DNA of 64,000 nucleotides from Eubacteriales bacterium (GTDB lineage Bacteria; Bacillota; Clostridia; Lachnospirales; Lachnospiraceae): NCBI GenBank assembly GCA_030536575.1, contig JAUNPS010000026.1, positions 361 to 64,360 of the forward strand, read 5' to 3'. Shown piece by piece: positions 19,225 to 27,986 of this stretch (position 1 is its first letter; each line of letters starts with the position of its first letter). The notes under the pieces were generated by a model. It saw only the letters and a program-made list of their open reading frames with translations, ran no database searches and was not told where the DNA came from. The position numbers and the translations under genes were made by a program.

Positions 19225-19436
19225 ATAATACACCCCCTTTCCGTACCAAGTATCGGGGGCGGTAACAAGTAAATCATATCATAAAATTCTTCAAAATTCT
19301 ACATATTTTTTGCAAAAATAAATTTAAAAATTGCTGAAGAACTGAAACTTGAAATCCCCGCCCGGTTGTGCTAATATCCATGTTAAACGACAGTATCGCA
19401 TTACAGGAAGGAGAACCCGCCAGGGCACACAAAAGA

Positions 19437-20357
19437 ATGAGGGAATCAACAGCACCAAACCATCGCCCCACCACCGGCACACTCTGCACCATCTCCGGAG
19501 GCATCCTATGGGGCTTCTCCGGCACCTGCGGACAGTACCTATTCATGAACTATGGAATAGACGCCCGCCTTCTGACCACCATCCGTATGGTCGGCGCAGG
19601 CCTCATCCTGCTCCTCGTCGGCTTCCTGCGGGAACGCGAAAACATGACCGGAATCTGGAAAACCCCCAAAGACGCGAGACGCCTGATCCTCTTCGCCGTC
19701 TGCGGCCTGATGTTCTGTCAATTTTCTTACATGCAGGCCATTTCCTATTCGAATTCAGGAACAGCGACGACGCTGCAGTATCTGGGCCCGGTTCTGATTA
19801 TGATCATCACCTGCTTCCGCGCGGGAAAACTCCCGAATAAACGGGAAGTCATCGCCATTCTCCTGGCTTTGTTGGGAACCTTCCTTCTGGCCACCCACGG
19901 AGACGTCGGAAATATGGTTCTCACACGGGAAGGCCTGATGTGGGGGCTCCTGTCCGCCGTCGCGGTCAGCTTGTATACCATGCTCCCCGTAGAACTGATG
20001 CGGAAATGGGGCAGCATCCCTGTAGTCGGCTACGCAATGCTGATCGGCGGCCTCGTCCTGGGCCTTGGCGGCAGAGTCTGGAACTTCCGCCTTTCCCTGG
20101 ATCTTCCCGGCACCGCCGCCCTGGCCGCCATCGTCCTCTTCGGCACCGTCATTGCATTTACGATGTACCTCTACGGCGTCAAAGAAATCGGCCCGGTAAA
20201 AGGCAGCATGTTATCCAGCACCGAACCGGTTTCCGCAACCTTTTTTATGGTCGTCTGGCTGCACTCCAGCTTTGGCCTAATGGACCTGGCCGGTTTCCTC
20301 TGCATCATGACAACCGTATTCCTCCTTGCCCTGGAAAAAGAACCCGGCAAGGCCTAA
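19437..20357 (+). CDS. EamA/DMT family transporter
   Basis: GILWGFSGTCGQYL, SNSGTATTLQY, SSTEPVSAT motifs, ten-TM pattern; start position uncertain. Confidence 0.85.
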   Translation: MRESTAPNHRPTTGTLCTISGGILWGFSGTCGQYLFMNYGIDARLLTTIRMVGAGLILLLVGFLRERENMTGIWKTPKDARRLILFAVCGLMFCQFSYMQAISYSNSGTATTLQYLGPVLIMIITCFRAGKLPNKREVIAILLALLGTFLLATHGDVGNMVLTREGLMWGLLSAVAVSLYTMLPVELMRKWGSIPVVGYAMLIGGLVLGLGGRVWNFRLSLDLPGTAALAAIVLFGTVIAFTMYLYGVKEIGPVKGSMLSSTEPVSATFFMVVWLHSSFGLMDLAGFLCIMTTVFLLALEKEPGKA

Positions 20358-20373
20358 AGAAAGCAGGGAAAAA

Positions 20374-20922
20374 ATGAAAAAACGAATCACAGCAAAAGAA
20401 CTTTTTTCAATACCAAACCTGATGAGCTATTTCCGCCTGGTCATGATTCCGGTTTTTTGCCACCTCTATCTGAACGCGAAGTACCGCACCGCCGCAGGCG
20501 CTCTATTGCTCTCCTCCATCACCGACTTCCTGGACGGGAAAGTTGCCCGGCGTTTTCATATGGTAACGGATCTTGGGAAGGCCCTCGACCCGGTGGCAGA
20601 CAAGCTGACCCACGCAGCGGTAGCGTTCTGCCTGGCGACCCGGTATCCGCTGATGTGGGCGCTGATCATCCTGATGGCGGTAAAAGAAGGGTATATGGCA
20701 GTCGTGGGAATCCTGCGGCTCCGGAAAAACCAGATCGAAGGGGCACAGATGCCAGGAAAGGTATGTACGGCAGAACTGTTCGTGATGCTGCTGGTGCTGG
20801 TTCTTTTCCCGGAACTGCCATTAGCGGCGGTCAATGGACTGATCGTGGTTTCCATGTGTTTGATGGCCGCGACGCTTGTATACTACATCCAATATCATCA
20901 TAAAAACGCAAAAACGGCATAG
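20374..20922 (+). CDS. CDP-alcohol phosphatidyltransferase (PgsA-like)
   Basis: TDFLDGKVAR...GKALDPVADK signature DxxDGxxAR-x8-GxxxDxxxD. Confidence 0.9.
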   Translation: MKKRITAKELFSIPNLMSYFRLVMIPVFCHLYLNAKYRTAAGALLLSSITDFLDGKVARRFHMVTDLGKALDPVADKLTHAAVAFCLATRYPLMWALIILMAVKEGYMAVVGILRLRKNQIEGAQMPGKVCTAELFVMLLVLVLFPELPLAAVNGLIVVSMCLMAATLVYYIQYHHKNAKTA

Positions 20923-21067
20923 CATATAAGGCTATACCGTTTTTGGCTTTCCGGGCAAAAGACTGAGCGCCAGAGCCACACGCGAAACGCAAATCAGAGT
21001 CATTGCACCTGCAAAGATATTTGGCAAATGACACAGCAGCAGGGGGGACAGACGTGCTCCACGTTTC

Positions 21068-22822
21068 TTACACCGCAAACTGACTGTTATAAAGCTGCGC
21101 ATAAAATCCATCCTTCTTCAGCAGGCTATCATGATCCCCCTGCTCAATAATCCGCCCATCCTTCATAACCAAAATCACATCCGCCTCCCGAATCGTCGAA
21201 AGCCTGTGCGCCACAATAAAACTCGTCCTCCCCTCCATCAGCTTCGCAAACGCATTCTGAATCTTCAGCTCCGTCCTGGTATCAATCGAAGACGTCGCCT
21301 CATCCAAAATCAGCATCGGCGGCCGACAAAGCATCACACGCGTAATACAAAGAAGCTGCTTCTGTCCCTGAGAAAGACTCCCTCCATCTTCCGAAATCAC
21401 CGTATCATACCCATTCGGAAGCCGCTTAATAAAACTGTGGGCATGGGAAGCCTTCGCCGCTTCCAGAATTTCTTCCTCCGTCGCATCTGGTTTTCCCATC
21501 ACAATATTTTCCCGGATCGTCCCGGACTTCAGCCAGGTATCCTGCAGCACCATCCCATATCCGGCCCGCAGGCTCTTACGCGTCATCTCCCGGATATCCG
21601 TCCCTTCCACGCAGATATTCCCGCTGTCAACGTCATAAAAACGCATCAGCAGATTAATGATCGTCGTCTTTCCGCACCCGGTCGGCCCGACGATCGCCAC
21701 ACGCTGTCCGGGCTTCACGCTCAGATTAAAATGCTCGATCAGCTTCTGCTCCGGCGTATAGGAGAAAAAGACATCCGAAAGCGAAACATTTCCCTGTACA
21801 TCCTTCAGGACAACGGCATCTTTCTTCTCCGGAACCTGCGGCGTCTCCTCAATCAGATCAAAAATCCGCCCCGCACAGGCAATCGCATTCTGCAGCTCCG
21901 TCACAACCCCCGAAATCTCATTAAAAGGCTTCGTATACTGGTTCGCATAGCTCAGGAAACAGGAGAGCTGCCCGACCGTCATCCGCCCCTGAATCGCCGC
22001 CAGCGCGCCCGTAACGCAAACGCCCGCATAAGCCAGATTGTTCACAAAACGGGTAGCCGGATTCGTCATCGACGAGAAGAAAATAGCCTGTAAGGAGCAT
22101 TTCTCCAGCCGTTCGTTGATTTCATCGAATTTTTCAAGGGCCTCGTCCTCATGGCCGAAAGCCTGTACGACCTTTTGATTCCCAATCATTTCTTCAATCA
22201 ATGCCGTCTGCTCGCCGCGGGTCTCCGACTGGAGCTTAAACATCGTATAAGTCCGTTTGGCAATAAAGCCCGCCACAAAGAACGAAAGCGGCGTCACCAG
22301 CACCACGACAAGGGTAATCCCAACATTGATTGAAAGCATAAATCCCAGAGTTCCTAAAATCGTGGCAACCCCGGTAAAAAACTGAGTAAAGCCCATCAGC
22401 AGCCCATCGGCGAACTGATCCACATCCGCGATTACACGGCTGACAATTTCTCCGTAAGAATGGGCGTCAATATATTTCAAAGGAAGGATTTCAATTTTCT
22501 GGAACGCCTCATTGCGGATATCCCGAACAATCTGATACGTCATTTTATTGTTAAAAATGCTCATAATCCACTGAGCCAGCGCCGTCACCGCAATGCAGAC
22601 CCCAATCTGAATCAAAATCCGAAAAACACCGGGAAAATCCACATTCCCCTTGGAAACGATCAAATCCACCGCCTTTCCGGTCAGCTTGGGCACATACAGG
22701 GTCAGCGCCACGGTCACAGCCGCCATCAAAATGGACAGAACCAGGTAAATCCGGTATTTTTTCAGGTAGCGGAGGACTTTTTTCAGGGTTTCTTTCTGAC
22801 GTGCAGTCGTTTTGATACTCAT
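21068..22822 (-). CDS. ABC exporter, fused permease/ATPase (heterodimer subunit)
   Basis: TMD + Walker A GPTGCGKT, LSQGQKQ signature, LILDEATS. Confidence 0.93.
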   Translation of the reverse strand: MSIKTTARQKETLKKVLRYLKKYRIYLVLSILMAAVTVALTLYVPKLTGKAVDLIVSKGNVDFPGVFRILIQIGVCIAVTALAQWIMSIFNNKMTYQIVRDIRNEAFQKIEILPLKYIDAHSYGEIVSRVIADVDQFADGLLMGFTQFFTGVATILGTLGFMLSINVGITLVVVLVTPLSFFVAGFIAKRTYTMFKLQSETRGEQTALIEEMIGNQKVVQAFGHEDEALEKFDEINERLEKCSLQAIFFSSMTNPATRFVNNLAYAGVCVTGALAAIQGRMTVGQLSCFLSYANQYTKPFNEISGVVTELQNAIACAGRIFDLIEETPQVPEKKDAVVLKDVQGNVSLSDVFFSYTPEQKLIEHFNLSVKPGQRVAIVGPTGCGKTTIINLLMRFYDVDSGNICVEGTDIREMTRKSLRAGYGMVLQDTWLKSGTIRENIVMGKPDATEEEILEAAKASHAHSFIKRLPNGYDTVISEDGGSLSQGQKQLLCITRVMLCRPPMLILDEATSSIDTRTELKIQNAFAKLMEGRTSFIVAHRLSTIREADVILVMKDGRIIEQGDHDSLLKKDGFYAQLYNSQFAV

Positions 22823-24561
22823 TATCCGATCTCCTCCTTTTTGAACTGGGAATAATAAATTTCCTGATAAGCCGGACAGGTCTTTAACAGCTCGTCGTGG
22901 GTGCCGATGCCAGCCATTTTTCCATCATCCAGGACAATGATTTTGTCCGCGTACTGAATCGAAGAAGTACGCTGGGATACAATGAACACTGTGGGGCGGC
23001 TCTCCATTTCCCGGATGGACTTGCGCAGCTTCGCGTCCGTGGCAAAGTCCAGAGCGGAAGCGCTGTCGTCCAGAATCAGGATTTCCGGGTCGCGGACAAG
23101 GGCGCGGGCAATGGTCAGGCGCTGCTTCTGTCCGCCGGACAGGTTTTTCCCGCCCTGCTCGACGGGGGCGTTTAACAATCCGTCCTTCTGCTCGACAAAT
23201 TCCCTTGCCTGGGCGATTTCCAGGGCTTTCCAAAGCTCCGGTTCCGAGGCATTTTTCTTCCCCCAGCGCATATTTTCTGCAATGGTTCCTTTAAAAAGAA
23301 CTGCTTTCTGAAGGACGACGCCAACCTTTTCCCGGAGGGATTCCAGGCCCTGTTCCTTCACATTTACCCCATTTAACAGAACGGCCCCTTCGGTCGCATC
23401 GTAGAAACGCGGGATCAGATTCACCAGAGAGGATTTTCCGGAGCCGGTTCCGCCGATAATACCAATGGTTTCGCCGCGATTGGCCGTAAACGTAATGTCC
23501 GTGAGGGAAGGAGCCCCAGCACCTTTGTAAGTGAGGGTTACATGGTCGAAAACAACGGCGGGAGCATTCGCTTTTTGAACGGTCTTGCCCTTGCCTTCCG
23601 CTGCCGGATCAGGCATGGAGGATTGGATTTCCAGAACATTCTGAATACGGTTTCCGCAGGCAATGGCTTTCGTAACCGTGATGATCAGATTCGCGAGCTT
23701 CACCAGTTCCACCAGGATCTGCGACATATAGTTGACCAGAGCAACAACCTCACCCTGGGTCAGCGCGCCGGAATCAACCCGAATAGCCCCTGTATAAATC
23801 AGAGCAATGGTAGCGCCGTTTACAATAATATACGTAACCGGGTTCATCAGGCCGGAAATTTTTCCGACATATTTCTGAAGGGCAGTGAGGGCTTCGTTGC
23901 TCTCCTCGAAACGTTCCCGCTCTTCGGCTTCTTTATTAAAGGCGCGAATGACGCGGACGCCCGTGAGATTTTCGCGGGTAATGCCAAGAATCTTATCCAG
24001 CCCGGCCTGTACCTTTTTGTAAAGAGGCATGGTGATGAGCATGATTCCGAAAACGACCACCGACAGCAGCGGAATTGCCACCACAAAGATCAGCGCCGCT
24101 TTGACGTCCACGGTGAAAGCCATAATCATTGCGCCGAAGACGATAAAGGGGGAGCGCAGGAACAGGCGGAGCACCAGATTGACCCCGGACTGCACCTGGT
24201 TAATGTCGCTGGTCATGCGGGTGATCAGCGTCGAAGTCCCGATGGTGTCCATTTCCGTGAAAGAAAGGCTCTGAATGTGCGAAAACAGGGCGTGCCGGAG
24301 CTGTGTGGAAAATCCGACGGCGGCTTTCGCGGCAAAATACTGGGCTGTCACCGCGCAGAGGAGTCCGATCAGGCCGAAGGCCACCAGAACCATGCTCATG
24401 CGGACCACGTAGCCATTGTCCTGATTGGCGATTCCGGTATCGATGATGGCGGATACCACCAGCGGAACCAGCAGTTCGAAGGAAGCCTCCAGGAGCTTAA
24501 ACAGAGGAGCCAGAATGGTTTCCTTCCTGTAGCTTTTTAGGTAGACCAAAAGCTTTTTCAT
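22822..24561 (-). CDS. ABC exporter, fused permease/ATPase (degenerate-site subunit)
   Basis: Walker A GGTGSGKS, LSGGQKQ, Walker B LILDDSAS and VSQR switch typical of the degenerate subunit of TmrAB/EfrAB-type heterodimers. Confidence 0.93.
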   Translation of the reverse strand: MKKLLVYLKSYRKETILAPLFKLLEASFELLVPLVVSAIIDTGIANQDNGYVVRMSMVLVAFGLIGLLCAVTAQYFAAKAAVGFSTQLRHALFSHIQSLSFTEMDTIGTSTLITRMTSDINQVQSGVNLVLRLFLRSPFIVFGAMIMAFTVDVKAALIFVVAIPLLSVVVFGIMLITMPLYKKVQAGLDKILGITRENLTGVRVIRAFNKEAEERERFEESNEALTALQKYVGKISGLMNPVTYIIVNGATIALIYTGAIRVDSGALTQGEVVALVNYMSQILVELVKLANLIITVTKAIACGNRIQNVLEIQSSMPDPAAEGKGKTVQKANAPAVVFDHVTLTYKGAGAPSLTDITFTANRGETIGIIGGTGSGKSSLVNLIPRFYDATEGAVLLNGVNVKEQGLESLREKVGVVLQKAVLFKGTIAENMRWGKKNASEPELWKALEIAQAREFVEQKDGLLNAPVEQGGKNLSGGQKQRLTIARALVRDPEILILDDSASALDFATDAKLRKSIREMESRPTVFIVSQRTSSIQYADKIIVLDDGKMAGIGTHDELLKTCPAYQEIYYSQFKKEEIG

Positions 24562-24636
24562 AATGTTCTCCTTTTCCTTGAAAATTCTTCCTCTATACCT
24601 TATCATAAAAAGAGCTATATGAAAATTATTAGTTTA

Positions 24637-24651
24637 ATATAGTTTCTATAT
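24637..24651. promoter_or_regulatory. Putative LysR recognition box between the divergent LysR and ABC genes
   Basis: Palindrome ATATAG-TTT-CTATAT containing the T-N11-A LysR motif. Confidence 0.55.
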
Positions 24652-24673
24652 GGAACGGATATAGGAGGGCGAA

Positions 24674-25561
24674 ATGGAATTAAAACAATTGCATTATTTT
24701 AAAACCGTCGTGGATGAGGGGACAATTTCCGCGGCGGCGCGGCGTCTGAACATGTCCCAGCCCCCTTTGAGCAGCCAGATGCACCTTCTGGAAGAGGAGC
24801 TGGGATGCGTCCTTTTCGAGCGCGGGCCCCGGAAAATCCAGTTGACGGAAGCCGGGCGGCTCTTTTACGAGCGGGCCGGAAATATGCTGGAGCTGGCGCA
24901 GATTACAGCCAGGGAAATGCAGGATTACCGGCAGGGAAAAGCCGGGACGCTTCGGATTGGCGTGGTATCTTCGGTGGGGACATTGCTCCTGAAGAAATGG
25001 ATTGGGCCGTTTCACGAAAAGTTTCCGCAGATTCGGTATGAAATATACGAGGGGAATACGTATCAGATTTTAGAGCAGATCCGGGCGAATTTAATCGAGC
25101 TGGCGCTGGTGCGCACACCCTTTTCCGGGGAGGGTCTGGAGGCGGTGCGGCTGACGCGGGAGCCAATGATGGCGGCCGGGGATGCGCGGTTTTTCCCGGA
25201 GGGATGTGCGGATACGGTTTCAATCCGGGATCTGGCGGGACAACCGCTGATTGTATACCGCAGGTGGGAAGAAATCTTGACGAAACAGTTCGAGAAGGCT
25301 AAAGTTTCGCCGTATTATTTTTGTAAAAATGACGATGCGCGGACGTCGCTGGAATGGGCCAGGGCAGGGATGGGAATTGCGATTTTTCCGGAGTCGGCCG
25401 GGCAGGAGATGATGGCGGGAGAGGATGCGCAGATGCGGATCTGCCGGATTCTCGCGCCGGGATTGGAGTCGGAGATTTGTGCGGTATACAATGTACAGGG
25501 ATATTTTTCGACGGCGGCGCGGACGCTGATGGAGGAAATGCGGGGCAGGCAGGATTCGTGA
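24674..25561 (+). CDS. LysR family transcriptional regulator
   Basis: LKQLHYF..GTISAAARRLNMSQPPLSSQM HTH. Confidence 0.95.
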   Translation: MELKQLHYFKTVVDEGTISAAARRLNMSQPPLSSQMHLLEEELGCVLFERGPRKIQLTEAGRLFYERAGNMLELAQITAREMQDYRQGKAGTLRIGVVSSVGTLLLKKWIGPFHEKFPQIRYEIYEGNTYQILEQIRANLIELALVRTPFSGEGLEAVRLTREPMMAAGDARFFPEGCADTVSIRDLAGQPLIVYRRWEEILTKQFEKAKVSPYYFCKNDDARTSLEWARAGMGIAIFPESAGQEMMAGEDAQMRICRILAPGLESEICAVYNVQGYFSTAARTLMEEMRGRQDS

Positions 25562-25703
25562 GCTGCCTGCAAATGTCAGGAGCCGCTTCGATTTCCGGCT
25601 GACAAGCGGGCGGAAACGCGGTATAATCGAAACATGGCGCATGCGCGGCGAAAAGAAAATGCGAACGCAGGGAATGCGTTTGAGAAAACAGGAGAGATAA
25701 ACA

Positions 25704-26906
25704 ATGAGTACAGCGATTGTGACACTGAAAAAAGGCGAGGGCCGCACCTTAAAATCCGGCGGCCTGTGGGTTTATGATAATGAAATTGCATCCATTATGG
25801 GGGAATTCGAGGACGGCGAGATTGTCCTTGTCCACGACTTTGACGGCTTTGGCATGGGCCGCGGTTTTATCAACCGGAATTCGAAAATCCGCATCCGGAT
25901 GCTGACCCGGAACAAAGACCAGAAGATCGACGAAGCGTTTCTGAAAATGCGTGTCCGGGAAGCCTGGGATTACCGGAAGAAGACTGTGGATACCAGCAGC
26001 TGCCGGGTGATTTTCGGGGAAGCCGATTTCCTTCCGGGGCTTGTGGTGGATAAATTTTCGGATGTGCTGGTGGTTCAGTCGCTGGCCCTTGGGATTGACC
26101 GGCTGAAGCCATTGATTTTAAAGGCGCTGAAGGATGTGCTGGCCGAAGACGGGATTTTCATCCGTGGGATTTATGAGCGGAGCGACGCGAAAGTGCGGAA
26201 GAACGAAGGGATGGAGCTGTATAAAGGCTTTCTCGGAGAAACCTTTGACACAAATGTGGAAATCGTGGAGAACGGCGTAAAATACATGGTCGATGTGAAG
26301 GATGGCCAAAAAACGGGCTTTTTCCTGGATCAGAAATATAATCGGCAGGCGATTCAAAAGCTTTGCCGGGGCGCAAAAGTGCTGGACTGCTTCACGCATA
26401 CGGGTTCCTTCGCTTTAAATGCGGGACTCGCCGGGGCCAAAAGCGTGCTCGGTGTTGATGCGTCGGAACTGGGCGTGGAGCAGGCGCGGCTGAACGCGAA
26501 GCTAAATGGCCTGGAAGACCGGGTGCGGTTCCAATGCGCGGACGTGTTCGACCTGCTTCCGGAGCTTGAAGCGAAAGGCGAGACGTTCGACGTGATCATC
26601 CTGGACCCGCCCGCTTTCACGAAATCCCGGAATTCCGTGAAAAATGCCACGAAGGGCTATCGGGAAATTAACCTGCGGGCCATGAAGCTGGTGCGGGACG
26701 GCGGCTTTCTGGCAACGTGTTCCTGCTCGCATTTTATGACGTATGAGCTGTTTACGCAGACCATTCATCAGGCGGCGCGGAGCGTGCACAAACGCCTGCG
26801 GCAGGTGGAGTACCGGACGCAGGCGCCGGATCACCCGATTTTGTGGGCGGCGGAAGAGTCGTACTATTTGAAATTTTATATTTTCCAGGTGGTGGATGAA
26901 AAATGA
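25704..26906 (+). CDS. rlmI: Class I SAM-dependent rRNA methyltransferase, RlmI (23S m5C1962)-like
   Basis: N-terminal PUA-like region, GEADFLPGLVVDK, QKTGFFLDQ, LDCFTHTGSF, ILDPPAF, TCSCS. Confidence 0.85.
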   Translation: MSTAIVTLKKGEGRTLKSGGLWVYDNEIASIMGEFEDGEIVLVHDFDGFGMGRGFINRNSKIRIRMLTRNKDQKIDEAFLKMRVREAWDYRKKTVDTSSCRVIFGEADFLPGLVVDKFSDVLVVQSLALGIDRLKPLILKALKDVLAEDGIFIRGIYERSDAKVRKNEGMELYKGFLGETFDTNVEIVENGVKYMVDVKDGQKTGFFLDQKYNRQAIQKLCRGAKVLDCFTHTGSFALNAGLAGAKSVLGVDASELGVEQARLNAKLNGLEDRVRFQCADVFDLLPELEAKGETFDVIILDPPAFTKSRNSVKNATKGYREINLRAMKLVRDGGFLATCSCSHFMTYELFTQTIHQAARSVHKRLRQVEYRTQAPDHPILWAAEESYYLKFYIFQVVDEK

Positions 26907-26995
26907 GGCAAAAAGGCCACGGCGAAAGGGTGTTTCACTAAGGGATTGTATTCCTTGGAAAACATTGATGCGCAGTATTTGATGGAGGAGCAGTA

Positions 26996-27877
26996 ATGAA
27001 TAAAAAGAGAGTCAGTCAAATCAAAGAGCAGTTTGACCTTGCCATACAGAGTGATGAAACCGCGAAAGTTGAATTTTGGTATGCACGTGAATTGATGATA
27101 CTGCTCGGCTATGAGCGTTGGGAAAACTTCGATAAGGCCATCTCCCGTGCAATGGATTCCTGCGAAACCAGTGGAATTGAAGTATCCGATCATTTTCGTG
27201 AGGTCACGAAAATGATCGAGACTGGCAAGGGCGCTCATAGATCCATTAAGGATTATATGCTTACCCGTTATGCATGTTATTTGATTGCCCAGAACGGTGA
27301 TCCAAAAAAAGAAGAGATCGCATTTGCGCAAAGTTATTTTGCGGTACAGACCAGAAAGCAGGAGCTGATCGAGGAGCGTATCGCACTGATTGAGCGCACG
27401 GAGGCTCGTGGCAGGCTGCGTGAATCTGAAAAGCGTCTTTCTCAGAATATTTATGAACGCGGCGTTGATGATGCCGGGTTTGGCCGTATACGCTCGAAAG
27501 GTGATCAGGCACTGTTCGGCGGCCACACTACAATGGAAATGAAAGCACGTTTGGGTGTGAAAGACAACCGCCCTCTCGCCGACTTTTTACCTACGCTGAC
27601 AATCGCAGCAAAGAATCTGGCAACAGAAATGACTAATTATAATGTTGAAGAAAAAGATCTGCAAGGTGAACATGCCATCACCGGTGAACATGTGCAGAAT
27701 AATCTCTCCGTGCGTGAAATGCTTGGCCAGCGGGGAATCAAGCCAGAAGAACTACCACCTTCCGAGGATATCAAAAAACTAGAGCGCCGTGTGAAATCCC
27801 AGGAGAAAAAATTGGCAGCACAGGCAGGAAAACTGCCGGAATCGACAGCAGACGGAGGCGTGGACAATGGCGAATAA
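26996..27877 (+). CDS. dinD: DNA damage-inducible protein D (BRO-N-like N-terminus)
   Basis: EFWYARELMILLGYERWENF, DYMLTRYACYLIAQNGDPKK, RSKGDQALFGG, LADFLPTLTIAAK. Confidence 0.88.
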   Translation: MNKKRVSQIKEQFDLAIQSDETAKVEFWYARELMILLGYERWENFDKAISRAMDSCETSGIEVSDHFREVTKMIETGKGAHRSIKDYMLTRYACYLIAQNGDPKKEEIAFAQSYFAVQTRKQELIEERIALIERTEARGRLRESEKRLSQNIYERGVDDAGFGRIRSKGDQALFGGHTTMEMKARLGVKDNRPLADFLPTLTIAAKNLATEMTNYNVEEKDLQGEHAITGEHVQNNLSVREMLGQRGIKPEELPPSEDIKKLERRVKSQEKKLAAQAGKLPESTADGGVDNGE

Positions 27878-27981
27878 ACTGGAATTTACAAGATCTCTCC
27901 AATACCGCCGCCGACCCGGACACCGAGAATATGGTTATTCACGGCGATAATCTGTTTTCATTGAAAGCGCTGGAAAGCAAG
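27867..27981 (+). pseudogene. Decayed 5' remnant of a type III R-M Mod-like adenine DNA methyltransferase
   Basis: ATG overlapping the dinD 3' end gives MANKLEFT; a second frame reads DLSNTAADPDTENMVIHGDNLFSLKALESK, matching the xxIxGDNLxxLKxL start of Mod methylases. It breaks off against the GH3 3' end. Confidence 0.7.
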
Positions 27982-27986
27982 GGAAA

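Larger units (their letters stand above)
18139..19333. repeat. Three tandem ~407-bp units, each a type I toxin-antitoxin module
   Basis: Units start with AATTTAAGCAAAA at 18139, 18552 and 18959. Toxin starts at 18410, 18817, 19224 are exactly 407 bp apart. Units 2 and 3 are near-identical; unit 1 is diverged. Confidence 0.95.

Noticed and set aside
18237-19272. ORF-track + strand ORFs of 73, 97 and 97 aa inside the repeats
   Set aside because: They start inside promoter boxes or the terminator, lack an RBS and run through terminators; they are shadows of the minus-strand toxin modules.
18139-19333. CRISPR array or prophage repeat as the explanation of the tandem units
   Set aside because: Units are ~407 bp with near-identical internal sequence, no 25-45 bp repeat/unique-spacer pattern, and no cas or phage genes nearby.
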